Shown: in pieces, positions 12,201-20,988 of the stretch
Position numbering within the stretch: position 1 is the stretch's first letter
Layout of the letters: every line of letters begins with the position of its first letter
Origin: Turneriella sp.
Lineage (GTDB): Bacteria > Spirochaetota > Leptospiria > Turneriellales > Turneriellaceae
Length of the DNA: 64,000 nt
Assembly (NCBI GenBank): GCA_965279515.1
Contig: CBDIID010000003.1
Coordinates: forward strand, 1,952,001-2,016,000
Reading direction: 5' to 3'
Program-made: the position numbers and the translations under genes
Notes under the pieces: model-generated
Seen by the model: the letters and a program-made list of their open reading frames with translations, nothing else
Told to the model about the DNA's origin: nothing
Database searches by the model: none

Positions 12201-12503
12201 GATTTCGCTGTCGACAATCACGCCGCCGCCGCCACCAAACACCTTGATGTGCGAGGCGCCGGCCTTTTTCAGCAAGTCGATCGTGTATTTGAAATATTCG
12301 TTGTGCCCGCCCTGGTATGAGCTGATCGCGATGCCATGCGCGTCTTCTTGCAGGGCGGCGATCACGACTTCATGCACCGGCCGGTTGTGACCGAGATGCA
12401 CGACCTCGGCGCCTTCGCGCTGCAGAAACCGGCGGATGATATTGATCGAGGCGTCATGGCCGTCGAAGAGCGACGTCGCCGTGACAAAACGAATTTGATT
12501 CAT
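9201..12503 (-). CDS. icmF: Fused isobutyryl-CoA mutase / MeaB-like GTPase chaperone (B12-dependent)
   Basis: B12-binding FDGHDASIN, P-loop TGSGGAGKSS, substrate barrel RMFAGEG, HIQTSGRSL, HTNAYDEA; 1100 aa. Confidence 0.93.
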   Translation of the reverse strand: MNQIRFVTATSLFDGHDASINIIRRFLQREGAEVVHLGHNRPVHEVVIAALQEDAHGIAISSYQGGHNEYFKYTIDLLKKAGASHIKVFGGGGGVIVDSEIKDLMAYGVERIYSPDDGRALGLDGMARDMIAKAAASKRPEKAEGDLYSDYGHLLSRRISQIESGALAPDVNRGQGKVPVLGFTGSGGAGKSSLIDEFLRRFKLLYPGLKLALLSVDPTQRRTGGALLGDRLRLNSVNDGKIFMRSLATRTDNAAISSTLKDILAFLRGEKFDLIVIESAGIGQSDTAITDLCDMSVYVMTPEYGAATQLEKIAMLDYADMVIINKSDRVRAEDALIQVRKQYRRNHALLTQKDEELPIYPTVANRFGDKLVDDAFAALTGILQKKGLLKGDLKPAVVIESASVSDDFIPAKRTRYLSEIADAVRGYHHNAEEQAEFARQIQALETAKSLLTGAAAAGIDAKQTELRGKIDPKLLKSLESFEQIRRDYSKETFSYNVRDKEITVRAGVPSLSDTLTAKVAPAPFKDWGALAEYILKENIPGEFPFTSGVFPFKREGEDPTRMFAGEGSPERTNKRFHLIAKGQPAARLSTAFDSITLYGENPAERPDIFGKIGNAGVSICTVDDMKKLYSGFDLSAPTTSVSMTINGPSPTILAFFMNAAVDQQIETYLKNEGKLAEAQKKIQDLYRAKSLKPPEYRDGLPENHNSLGLSLLGVSGEHVVPAEVYANIRKKTLSQVRGTVQADILKEDQAQNTCIFSAEFSLKVMGDIQQFFINNDVTNFYSVSVSGYHIAEAGANPITQVAFTLANGFTLAEYYLSRGMQIDAFARNFSFFFSNGMDVEYAVIGRVARRIWAIAMRNLYKADARSQKLKYHIQTSGRSLHAQEISFNDIRTTLQALYAIMDNCNSLHTNAYDEAVTTPTPESVRRAIAIQLIINRELGLTKNENPLQGSFFITRLTDLVEEAILKEFDRISDRGGVLGAMETMYQRNKIQEESLFYEKLKSSGELPIVGVNTFLSAETEYYHGELMRSTDEEKQRQIVSLGEFEKFHADETPKALDKLRHVALKSGNVFAELMETVKTCSLGQITGALYEVGGSYRRNM

Positions 12504-13237
12504 GTCCGTTTAACTTTCCTCTGCCGCTTGCGCAAGATAGCCGTATAAGGCGGCAGCAGCACGCGCCAATTGGTGTAGAGATAACGCAGCCCCGAGATCG
12601 CTGTAATCAGCGTTGTCAGCAGCAGCAGAAAATAGGGCACAGATTCAGCAAAATATTTATTGCGCTCTTCTTTGGGAATCTCATTCGACTTAAAGGACTG
12701 TACGGCCTTGATAAGCATCGATCCGGCGATTTCGATATTCTTTTTACCCGCCGCACGGCCTTCGGCGTAGGTCGCCGAAATATCGAATGGCAACGCGCGC
12801 ACGATCAGAATCAGAATGATGAGCACGATCGAAAACATCTGGAACAGGGTCTTGGCTTTGCCGAGGCGCGTCGTGCGGATCTCCGCACCCTTGCGGATCG
12901 CGAGGTAACGCATCAGCGTTACCAGCATGTCGCGCAGGATAATGATGATAACCATGTAAAGAGGCACAGCCTGATCGAGCAGAATAAAAATGATGAGCGT
13001 CGCAATCACGAGCGCCTTATCGGCGAGGGGGTCCAGAAAGCGGCCCAGCGGAGACTCCTGCTTCCATTTGCGCGCGAGATAGCCGTCGAAAAAATCTGTG
13101 ATCGAAGCGATGCCGAAAATCATCAGAGCCAAAAAACGATCGCCCGGATGCTGCGAGAGCAGGTAATAAAGAAAAAACGGAATCATCACGATTCTCAGAA
13201 TTGTCAGAAAGTTAGGCAGGTTGAGCCATGCCAGCAT
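12500..13237 (-). CDS. pgsA: CDP-diacylglycerol--glycerol-3-phosphate 3-phosphatidyltransferase
   Basis: NLPNFLTILR, TDFFDGYLAR...G.FLDPLADK, GKAKT. Confidence 0.9.
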   Translation of the reverse strand: MLAWLNLPNFLTILRIVMIPFFLYYLLSQHPGDRFLALMIFGIASITDFFDGYLARKWKQESPLGRFLDPLADKALVIATLIIFILLDQAVPLYMVIIIILRDMLVTLMRYLAIRKGAEIRTTRLGKAKTLFQMFSIVLIILILIVRALPFDISATYAEGRAAGKKNIEIAGSMLIKAVQSFKSNEIPKEERNKYFAESVPYFLLLLTTLITAISGLRYLYTNWRVLLPPYTAILRKRQRKVKRT

Positions 13238-13336
13238 GGGGTTAACTGGGTTTCAGAGACCCTGCCTCAAGAAGAATTCGAAGAGTCATCGGTCACCCAG
13301 CGCCTGAAAGATGCAATAATCGGCCATTACGGCGCT

Positions 13337-14041
13337 TTATTTAGCACCGGGGCCGACGAGCAGAACCGCCGCCAACTGGAAGGGACTGGTTACGATATCG
13401 ACGGGTACAGCGATTCCATACCAGGCATACAGCAAAGCAAGTTGAAACCGACTCCGCTGTACCCACTCGATGTCGCCGAGCACCTCACTGTACTCGGCAC
13501 CCGGCGCTTGCACGAAATATGCCAACTCCGATTCTTTCTGCCAGAAACCGTGCATCGCGCTGAAGGTATAGGTGTTGCTGAAATCCATGACCAAAAGTCC
13601 CGCGGGCAAACCCGGCACGGCGGTGAAAGTGAAATGGCGCTTGAGGATATCCGCCAGATCTGTCTTATCACCCGGCTTGAGAAACAGAATGGTGCGAAAG
13701 GCCTTCTCGTCCATGCAGCAGGTATTTTGCTGAATCAGGAAAACATTTTCGTCGCTCGCAAACCTTTGGCGCGATTCAAAGAAACGTATGCCGCGCGGCG
13801 ACGATTCGACATTCAGATAGCGGCCTTCGCCGATCAGCAGCCGGTCGAATTGCATGGAGGCGACGCCGTCTTTCACCCGAAGGCGGCCCGGCAGAATACG
13901 ATAATTGCCCGTCGCGCCCTGTGAGCGGTCGAATTCGTTAATGCTCGAGCGGTATTCGCTGACCGCCTTGTTATTCCGCGTGGTCAGGCAGGCGGAGGCC
14001 ACAAGGGCAACGGTAAGTGGTAACAGCCAAAATCGGCCCAT
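13337..14041 (-). CDS. Hypothetical lipoprotein
   Basis: Lipobox VASAC; C-terminal hydrophobic AVPVDIVTSPFQ segment. Confidence 0.7.
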   Translation of the reverse strand: MGRFWLLPLTVALVASACLTTRNNKAVSEYRSSINEFDRSQGATGNYRILPGRLRVKDGVASMQFDRLLIGEGRYLNVESSPRGIRFFESRQRFASDENVFLIQQNTCCMDEKAFRTILFLKPGDKTDLADILKRHFTFTAVPGLPAGLLVMDFSNTYTFSAMHGFWQKESELAYFVQAPGAEYSEVLGDIEWVQRSRFQLALLYAWYGIAVPVDIVTSPFQLAAVLLVGPGAK

Positions 14042-14165
14042 GTGCTGAGTTTTATCCGGGCCCTCTTACTGAAAGCAAAAACATGCTTCAGAGGCGGTGC
14101 GGACTACGCAAGGGGCTGCCAGCAGGTTGTTTAAAACGGTTCGTTTCGTTCACACCCGGGGATAG

Positions 14166-15224
14166 CTAATCATTGCGGCCAAAATCGATTACATAGGATA
14201 AGGAAAACCCCATACGGTACAACAGGTTTTGCTGTGGTTCATTCAAATACCTTAGGAAGGGCACCTGAAAAAAACAGGAAATTGCAAGCCCCGAAGGCCA
14301 CGCCACAATCATGCCGGGTGACACAAATGCCACAGTACCACCCGTATTCGTAATTGTCGTACCCGAAGATTCGGCGCGCGCCTGGTGGCGCATCGCAAAT
14401 TCAGCGAACAGAGAAAAGTTCGCCTCGTCGCGGCCTCCCCAGCGCTTTTGCAACGAGACGCCCCAGTCAAGACTGTCTCCGATCTTATAATTTTGTGACT
14501 CCGAACGCCGCGTAAACAATACCGAGGAGGATAGTGAGACCCCCTCCGCTATCCATCGCGAATATGCAGCAGCTCCTGAATAATCCCAGGCACCACTGCC
14601 CGGTGTGAGCGATGGTTCGTAGGAGTATTTCTGCGCCAGGGGGTCGCCACTCGCTGCACCCACAAGGTGAAACGAGGGATTTCTCGAATTAGACGCGTAG
14701 GTTGATAAGGGTTGCGATTCGTCGACGGCATAATATTTACCCAAGGGAGCCTTGACTGCAGCCAATACCGCAAAGCTGTGGGTTTCGTCTTTCAGCACAC
14801 GCCATTTCAGGCTAAAATCCGGATCAGCGATTCCGGCCACGGTGCCTAAGTCTAGTTGCCGGTATGTACCCCCTGAATCAATCAAGCCCTCGCGGATATT
14901 TTCTCCCCGGTAGTAACGAAACCTGAAACCGGCTTCAACACTGTCACGCAAACCATAGGCGATGGTTGTGACAGCCATGAGACTTTGGCGTATGGCGTCG
15001 ACATGGGTGCCCAAGCCCCCGGCTTTCTGTGTGAGTTCCTTGAGTTGTGCATCAGAAAAGCGCTCATAACTATTGCCTATGATAGCCTGCCCAAGAGCCA
15101 GAGTTCTTCTCTTCAATGTATTGGGTTCAATCAATGTTGCGCCGGCCCCGGTCGTCAAGGGGCCATGATCGGCACTGACGCTGCCCAATGAGATTGCGAA
15201 ACAGCAGATGTAAAAATATTTCAT
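14166..15224 (-). CDS. Outer-membrane beta-barrel transporter (Phenol_MetA_deg/SphA-like), mature N-terminus DHGP
   Basis: AGGAG RBS before ATG 15224, signal peptide, GIADPDFSLK, VKAPLGK, PGSGAWD, NTGG, alternating C-terminal strand; paralog of 18702..19793. Confidence 0.75.
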   Translation of the reverse strand: MKYFYICCFAISLGSVSADHGPLTTGAGATLIEPNTLKRRTLALGQAIIGNSYERFSDAQLKELTQKAGGLGTHVDAIRQSLMAVTTIAYGLRDSVEAGFRFRYYRGENIREGLIDSGGTYRQLDLGTVAGIADPDFSLKWRVLKDETHSFAVLAAVKAPLGKYYAVDESQPLSTYASNSRNPSFHLVGAASGDPLAQKYSYEPSLTPGSGAWDYSGAAAYSRWIAEGVSLSSSVLFTRRSESQNYKIGDSLDWGVSLQKRWGGRDEANFSLFAEFAMRHQARAESSGTTITNTGGTVAFVSPGMIVAWPSGLAISCFFQVPFLRYLNEPQQNLLYRMGFSLSYVIDFGRND

Positions 15225-15234
15225 GAAAAAACTC

Positions 15235-16488
15235 CTAAGGATTGTTGAAATGTCCTGCGGGCCAGGGGTTTGCATACGCCGGGTTATTGATAAACTTCGT
15301 ATCGGTGAGCGACTTCAGAAATTCAATGAGGTCAGCGCGTTCTTGCGTGGTAAGGGAAAATCCCTTGACGAAAGAATTTTTCAAGGGAGAAAGTTTTCCA
15401 TCTCCTGCATTAGGTCCCGAAGCAATCAACCTGCCCCCGCGGGCGTAATGATCAATGACGCCGTCGAGATCTGTGACCGAACCATCATGCATGTAAGGTG
15501 CGGTGAGTTCGACATTGCGAAGTGTGGGCGCCTTAAAACGCCCCATATCCGCCGCATTTCCCGTTACGTCCTTAATTCCCTGGCTGGCCGTGGGATACGC
15601 ACCGGTACCGCCCAGATTATAGAGACCATTATTCGCAAAATCTATTTCGGCAAAAGATTTGCGCGAGTGATCCTCGCTGTTCGTAAAATTGATACCTGTG
15701 TGGCAATGAAAACATTCGAGATTTTCGCTGTTAAAGAGATTCAACCCGTTTTTCGCTGATGCGCTAAGAGCTGCAGAGTCGCCCCGGTTATAGCGGTCAA
15801 AAGGAGAATCAAAGCCGATGATGGAGCGTTGAAAGACTTCGAGTGCGCGGGTTATATTCCCCATGGAAAACGGATCGCCCGTATCCGGAAATGCAGTGCG
15901 GAAAAGTTTTTGATAAATTGAATCTGCCCGCATTTCAGCGAGCCGGACATTTTCAAAGCCAGTCATGCCAAGTTCGACCGGATTCTCCCCGAAAATCGGT
16001 ACCTGCGCCTGAATATTCAGTCTTTTCATCAGCGGGTTTTCCCACGTAACGACCGGCTGCCACGCAATGTTGACAATATGCATACTGTTGCGCGGATGAA
16101 AATCCCCGGTCGAACCTTTCGCAGTGAGAATACGATCTGTTCCCGATTTTGAAAAATCAGCGCTGCCATCGTTGACATTCATGTCATCGGCAAATGCATT
16201 CGCCTGGTGATGGCAGGTGGCGCAGGCAAACGTCTTGTTACCGGAGAGCCGTTTGTCATAGAAAAGATGGCGTCCAAGTTCAACCTTTTCGTACGTCATC
16301 GGATTATCCGCCAGGACCCGCGGCGGTGGAATATTCGCGGGAATTTGCCAAACGTAATCTCCCGAGGGCGTTATCAGCTTCGGGGTGAAATTCTCGCACC
16401 CCACAGCCACAAGCAGCCCACCGCACGCGCCGAGCGCGCGTACGGAGACCGCTTGTTTTAAGGCGGTTAAAAAGCCGGAAACAATCAT
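15235..16488 (-). CDS. MbnH-like di-heme enzyme (bCcP/MauG superfamily), lipoprotein
   Basis: NPMT..KVELGRHLFYD.RLS, CATCH, CFHCH, FKAPTLRNVELTAPYMHDGS, FLKSLTD; adjacent to MbnP. Confidence 0.9.
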   Translation of the reverse strand: MIVSGFLTALKQAVSVRALGACGGLLVAVGCENFTPKLITPSGDYVWQIPANIPPPRVLADNPMTYEKVELGRHLFYDKRLSGNKTFACATCHHQANAFADDMNVNDGSADFSKSGTDRILTAKGSTGDFHPRNSMHIVNIAWQPVVTWENPLMKRLNIQAQVPIFGENPVELGMTGFENVRLAEMRADSIYQKLFRTAFPDTGDPFSMGNITRALEVFQRSIIGFDSPFDRYNRGDSAALSASAKNGLNLFNSENLECFHCHTGINFTNSEDHSRKSFAEIDFANNGLYNLGGTGAYPTASQGIKDVTGNAADMGRFKAPTLRNVELTAPYMHDGSVTDLDGVIDHYARGGRLIASGPNAGDGKLSPLKNSFVKGFSLTTQERADLIEFLKSLTDTKFINNPAYANPWPAGHFNNP

Positions 16489-17459
16489 TCGACGCGGAAA
16501 AAAGACTGGGTCGAACTCTGTGTCACCTGACCACCGCTTACCGCCGCATACGATGTTCCGTTTGTCGCATCCCGTGCTGCATTTGTTGTACCTGTATAAC
16601 TATAGGCGAGTCCAAGGCGAGGCATGACAAAACGGCATTCCGGATCGCCGGTTCCCGACATACATCCGGCAGGTGCTCCCTGGTCCGCAGTGTTCAGGTT
16701 CAGATCGCGCACGACTTCTTTAAGGTCGGCGATAATGCGCAGCGAAGAAAGTGACGACAAACCGTTTTGGTAGGCTTCGGGAATATTCAGAGTCACCTCG
16801 GGGCGATTCGGTGTGGTACAGGTTACCTGATCCTGCGTTGCCCCTGTTTGTGTGCAGCTTAAGCTACCAATATGAACATTGAAAGCCGAAGCGTCATATC
16901 CGCCACCGCCTGAGGTCAGAAAGTCGAGCCGGGCTGCTTTGCGTCCACTCGTCCACGACCAGTAAAGAGCCGCAACATTGAGAGGGGCTGGAGCATTGTT
17001 CACGTCAAGATGATTCAAGCTGGATGGAATCCCGAGCGTGAATTTAATCTTCGAGTACTTATCGCCTGCCGTCACCGCAACAGTCCCCTTAACCTGGGAA
17101 TTTGTTGCGCTCGTAGGGCCGGTAGTCGCTGCGCAACCGCCCGTACCATTCTCAAAATCGAGGAGTGTAACGTTTTGGTACTGCCAGGTATTGTCTGCTG
17201 TCAAAGAAACGGTGACCTCACTGCCGTCCGATTTCACCAGTTTTACGTCATGAATATAGAAACGAAAATCGCGCGCAGCAAGCTGGGTCGACCCGGTACC
17301 AACACCGGAATAAGTCGTACCGCAGGCAAAATCTGCCGAACCGACTTTGGCTTGAAAATTCAGGACTAAATCCGTGGTATTCGCATCGATCTGGGTTTTT
17401 ACGCATCCCGCGGTAAAAAACATACCGCAAAGCATGGTTATGATTATTTTGTTTTTCAT
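16485..17459 (-). CDS. MbnP-family copper-binding lipoprotein (four-Cys metallo-mystery partner)
   Basis: FACG, DFRFYIHDV, WQYQNVTLLDFENG, FTLGIP..LNH, WxW (YWSW), CTTPNRP, GCMS..DPEC. Confidence 0.88.
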   Translation of the reverse strand: MKNKIIITMLCGMFFTAGCVKTQIDANTTDLVLNFQAKVGSADFACGTTYSGVGTGSTQLAARDFRFYIHDVKLVKSDGSEVTVSLTADNTWQYQNVTLLDFENGTGGCAATTGPTSATNSQVKGTVAVTAGDKYSKIKFTLGIPSSLNHLDVNNAPAPLNVAALYWSWTSGRKAARLDFLTSGGGGYDASAFNVHIGSLSCTQTGATQDQVTCTTPNRPEVTLNIPEAYQNGLSSLSSLRIIADLKEVVRDLNLNTADQGAPAGCMSGTGDPECRFVMPRLGLAYSYTGTTNAARDATNGTSYAAVSGGQVTQSSTQSFFRVE

Positions 17460-17483
17460 TTTTTTCTCCTTGTAAATTTTGGG

Positions 17484-18131
17484 TTAAAAAGTCATGGCAA
17501 CGCTCAGAAGGGGTTGCACGCTTAAGGCACTCGCCGAATAATCCGTACTTGCCCCGCCGCCGCTGGCCGCCTGGCTGACGGTCCAAAAAAAATACGAGAA
17601 ATTCACCGCGCCACCGACAAAGATATGGGTGGCGATTTCATAATCGTATCCCACCCGCAAAGCGGCGAGCGGACTGACTGCTGTGTACGTGGTCGCCGTT
17701 GCCCCCGAAATCTTGAGCAGGTTTATGCTCGCGCCGAGACCGAGACCCACGTAGAGATTTTTTACTGGAAAATACCGCGCATACGCTGCGACAGGCACCT
17801 GGGTAAGCTGGGTCGTATTCGTCGCAGAACCGATCGTAGCATTATTCTTGTAGGTAACCTGGTATCCGCCGGATATCCCCAATTGAGAGCTACTGTTACC
17901 GTACCACAGGGTTACGCCAAACGCCGGCGAAAGCACGGCACCGTTATCGGAGCCATAGACCGTCTCAACCGCAGAAGCGTATGAGCTTTTTGTGGCGTAA
18001 TTGATACCGCCATAAACCTGACCGATAAGATTCGCAGAGCGCCAAAACTCGTGGGGTGCTGGCTTGGTTTCTGCGGACAGCGTTCCAAAACCGGCAAATA
18101 TTGAACATAGAAAAATAATTCGTAATTTCAT
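17484..18131 (-). CDS. Small outer-membrane beta-barrel protein
   Basis: GAGG RBS before ATG 18131, signal peptide, amphipathic strands (YVGLGLG, LRVGYDY), C-terminal Phe. Confidence 0.7.
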   Translation of the reverse strand: MKLRIIFLCSIFAGFGTLSAETKPAPHEFWRSANLIGQVYGGINYATKSSYASAVETVYGSDNGAVLSPAFGVTLWYGNSSSQLGISGGYQVTYKNNATIGSATNTTQLTQVPVAAYARYFPVKNLYVGLGLGASINLLKISGATATTYTAVSPLAALRVGYDYEIATHIFVGGAVNFSYFFWTVSQAASGGGASTDYSASALSVQPLLSVAMTF

Positions 18132-18249
18132 AAATTCCTCGTAATTAAAAATTTTTGATGATCGCGCACACCGGAAGTGAGCAAACAAAACGCCTGACCA
18201 CGCGACTCAATGGCGCGGGCTTTAAAGCGGAAATTGCTACTTGTGTGCG

Positions 18250-18639
18250 CTAAGCCCGGGGGGGCGGAGTTTCAATGTCGGCAAGGTATGAAATGTAAAG
18301 AGGAGAGCTGATTTGAATGGCGGAAACATGGTATTGCACCGCGGTTAATCCCACCTGATTGCCCGTGAATACCCAGCGCGCGAACGCTGGCAGCACAGAA
18401 TCGTCGGCTTCGTCGGCGCAGGGATGGTCGGCTTTCAGAATTTTCGCCTTTGCCATGGCCTTGTTCAGCCTGTTGCATCCGCAGGGGCAATCTTTGCCCT
18501 TTTGCACTTTCTGCTTTGTATGAACGCAGAGAAAATATTTCGGTTGCTGCGCCGTAGCAACTTCAAAAGCACCAGCGAGCTGAGCAATAAACAGCGTGAG
18601 GCCAAAGCCGTGCAAGATTTTACACCGGAACACGCGCAT
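18250..18639 (-). CDS. Putative metal-sensing leader/arrest peptide 1 (DUF2946/CutF/CruR-analogous)
   Basis: Signal-like N-terminus, CVH...CPCGC...C, C-terminal DIETPPPRA; first gene of an MbnPH operon. Confidence 0.72.
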   Translation of the reverse strand: MRVFRCKILHGFGLTLFIAQLAGAFEVATAQQPKYFLCVHTKQKVQKGKDCPCGCNRLNKAMAKAKILKADHPCADEADDSVLPAFARWVFTGNQVGLTAVQYHVSAIQISSPLYISYLADIETPPPRA

Positions 18640-18701
18640 GCGTCCAGAATTGATGGCGAGACGCTCCGTCAAGAGATATAAAGATCTTTTATTTCACTTG
18701 T

Positions 18702-19793
18702 TTACCCTGCCTCGTTGTGGTTGTGGTGAGAGTAAAGGCTGAAATTCCATGAAACGCCGAAATTCAGCCTGCCCTCGACTTTCTGCTGCGGCTCGTTCAA
18801 CATCTGCAAAACCGGAAATTCTTTGGAGATAAAACAGCCGAGTTCGAGCGGCAGATTCAAACGCATACCCACAGTCCAGAACGTGATAAGACCCCCACTG
18901 TTAACAATTATCGCGTCATGGTCGCGGGACTTCATCATATAACGCGCGGTTAACTCGGTGAAGGTAAAGAGTTTCGTGCGATCGAGATCAAATGCCCTGA
19001 ACGAAAGCGCGACGCCGCCGTCGATGCGGTCTCCGATTTTATAGGTCTTGTAATAGCCGCGGTAGATATAACTGCCGCTCGCGGTCAGTGTGAAGACATT
19101 CGCAAATTGTTTACTGGCTGCAAGACCCGCCATAAAATCTACGCTCCCACTGCCGGGTGTCGCCGACGGATCGAGAGAAAACTGATCTGTTCCCCCGGCG
19201 CCCGAGACCACATGATAGCTCGGCTGCGGAATGTTGCCGCCCGCAACCTGCGCAGCGGGTAGAGAATTCAAGGCCACCGACTCGCTGGCGCCCGCGAGGT
19301 TGCCGGTGGGTAACTTGACCCCGCCCAACCCCGCGAGGGTCCAGCCTGCGCCGGAGAAAAATTTCACCTTGCCATTCAGCCAGAGGTCGGTGAGACCCGC
19401 GACATTTCCCGCGTCGATGAGCTTGTAGGCAGTATTCGAATCAAGCACGCCCTCGCGTAAGCGGTGCCCGTAATACCACCCGATCGTCGCCGATGCGTCG
19501 AGCCATGAGAGAATGCCATAACCCAAAGTCACGTTCGAGATCGACCCCAGGCCCAGCGTGTCGATATGCGATCCCGCCGTCTTCATCTTCTGTGTCGCGT
19601 CTGAGATCGCCACGTCAGGGTATTCTGCGTACGAAGTAAAACTCTGCATAATGGAGAGCGAGAAATGATGGCGCTCAATCGTATCGGGCATGATCACGCT
19701 GCCGGTGGCCCCCGTCGTTCCGGGCCCATGGTCGGCGTGTACGAAACTTTGCAGCAGGGATAGAAACAAAAAAACGGAGAGAATATTTTTCAT
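18702..19793 (-). CDS. Outer-membrane beta-barrel transporter, mature N-terminus DHGP, His-rich C-tail
   Basis: Signal peptide VHA|DHGP, GLTDLWL.GK, VKLPTG, PGSGSVD, NSGG; ends HHNHNEAG. Confidence 0.78.
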   Translation of the reverse strand: MKNILSVFLFLSLLQSFVHADHGPGTTGATGSVIMPDTIERHHFSLSIMQSFTSYAEYPDVAISDATQKMKTAGSHIDTLGLGSISNVTLGYGILSWLDASATIGWYYGHRLREGVLDSNTAYKLIDAGNVAGLTDLWLNGKVKFFSGAGWTLAGLGGVKLPTGNLAGASESVALNSLPAAQVAGGNIPQPSYHVVSGAGGTDQFSLDPSATPGSGSVDFMAGLAASKQFANVFTLTASGSYIYRGYYKTYKIGDRIDGGVALSFRAFDLDRTKLFTFTELTARYMMKSRDHDAIIVNSGGLITFWTVGMRLNLPLELGCFISKEFPVLQMLNEPQQKVEGRLNFGVSWNFSLYSHHNHNEAG

Positions 19794-19815
19794 ATAATTT
19801 CCTTGAAATAAAACA

Positions 19816-20988
19816 TTATGGATTGTTCGATGACCCCTTCGGCCAGGGGTTCGAGAATTTGGGATTCGTCACAAATTCCGTATCGGTGAGGCTACGCAGA
19901 AATTCTATCAGGTCGCTTTTGTCGCCAGCAGTAAAACTGCCACTAAAGTTCTTTACCAGCGGATTCTTGCGCGTGTTGAGAGCCCCGTCGCCATCGAAAC
20001 CGGCGCCTTTACCGGTTACATTGCGGCCGCCGCGCTTATAATGCTCGATCACATTATCGAGAGTATCGATCGAACCGTCGTGCATATACGGCGCCGTGAG
20101 TTCGATATTTCTGAGCGTCGGTGCCTTAAAGCTGCCGTTATCAGCGACATTGCCCGTCACGAGGTTGAGGCCGCTGTTGCCGCTCGGGAAGACATTGGCG
20201 TTGCCAACGTTATAGATCCCATTGTTCAGAAACTGGATGTCGGCCGCTACCTTGCTGTAATAGTCTTCGGCGCTCGAAAAGGTAATACCCGCATGGCAGT
20301 GAAAACAATCCGCGGTTTCACCAAAAAAGAGGTTCATACCACGCTTTGCCGCTGCGCTCATCGCCGTCTTATCGGTGCCCGTGATATACTTGTCGTATGG
20401 AGATTTGCCGCTGATCAGCGTACGCTGAAAGGCCTCGAGCGCATCGCGTATGTGAGCGACAGAAATCGTCGGGGCATCCTTGGCAAAGGCGGCATTAAAG
20501 AGACCAACGTATTTGTCATCGGCCGCAAGCCGCGTCACGACTGTAGCTTCCATACCCGCAAGCCCCAGCTCGACCGGCGTCGTACCAAAGAGCGGCACAT
20601 TTGCCTGTACATTGAGCCGTGTCTGCAATGAATTCGCCCAGGTCAGCACCGGCTGGTACGCGAGGTTAATCAGCGACATCGAGTTGCGCGGATGCGCCTC
20701 ACCTGTCGAGCCGATGCCCACGGTGAGGCCGTCTGAGAACGCCTTGTTCTGGTGGTGGCAGCCTGCACAGGCCTGCGTCTGGTTACCTGACAGGCGTTTG
20801 TCGTAGAAAAGATGGCGACCCAGATCGACCTTCTCGTTGGTCATCGGGTTATTTTCAAATTCGCGTGGCCGTGGGAAACCGGGGGGGAGATCCCACTTAA
20901 ATGCGCTGGGCTCCTGGATGTATTTGAAATCCAGGTTCTGGCAGCCGACGGCCACGAGGGCCAGAGCGAAACTCAATACCGTACGCAT
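19816..20988 (-). CDS. MbnH-like di-heme enzyme, lipoprotein
   Basis: CAGCH, CFHCH, FKAPTLRNIELTAPYMHDGS; clear paralog of 15235..16488. Confidence 0.9.
   Translation of the reverse strand: MRTVLSFALALVAVGCQNLDFKYIQEPSAFKWDLPPGFPRPREFENNPMTNEKVDLGRHLFYDKRLSGNQTQACAGCHHQNKAFSDGLTVGIGSTGEAHPRNSMSLINLAYQPVLTWANSLQTRLNVQANVPLFGTTPVELGLAGMEATVVTRLAADDKYVGLFNAAFAKDAPTISVAHIRDALEAFQRTLISGKSPYDKYITGTDKTAMSAAAKRGMNLFFGETADCFHCHAGITFSSAEDYYSKVAADIQFLNNGIYNVGNANVFPSGNSGLNLVTGNVADNGSFKAPTLRNIELTAPYMHDGSIDTLDNVIEHYKRGGRNVTGKGAGFDGDGALNTRKNPLVKNFSGSFTAGDKSDLIEFLRSLTDTEFVTNPKFSNPWPKGSSNNP

Noticed and set aside
13148..13924. Long opposite-strand ORFs (e.g. 13148-13924, 6264-7067, 25247-26011, 35872-36777, 42138-42923, 60497-61231)
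   Set aside because: Antisense shadows of well-supported genes in GC-rich DNA, with no recognisable motifs
14110..14140. IS-end-like sequence (GCAGGTTGTTTAAAA) at the island edge
   Set aside because: No matching inverted end, target duplication or transposase found
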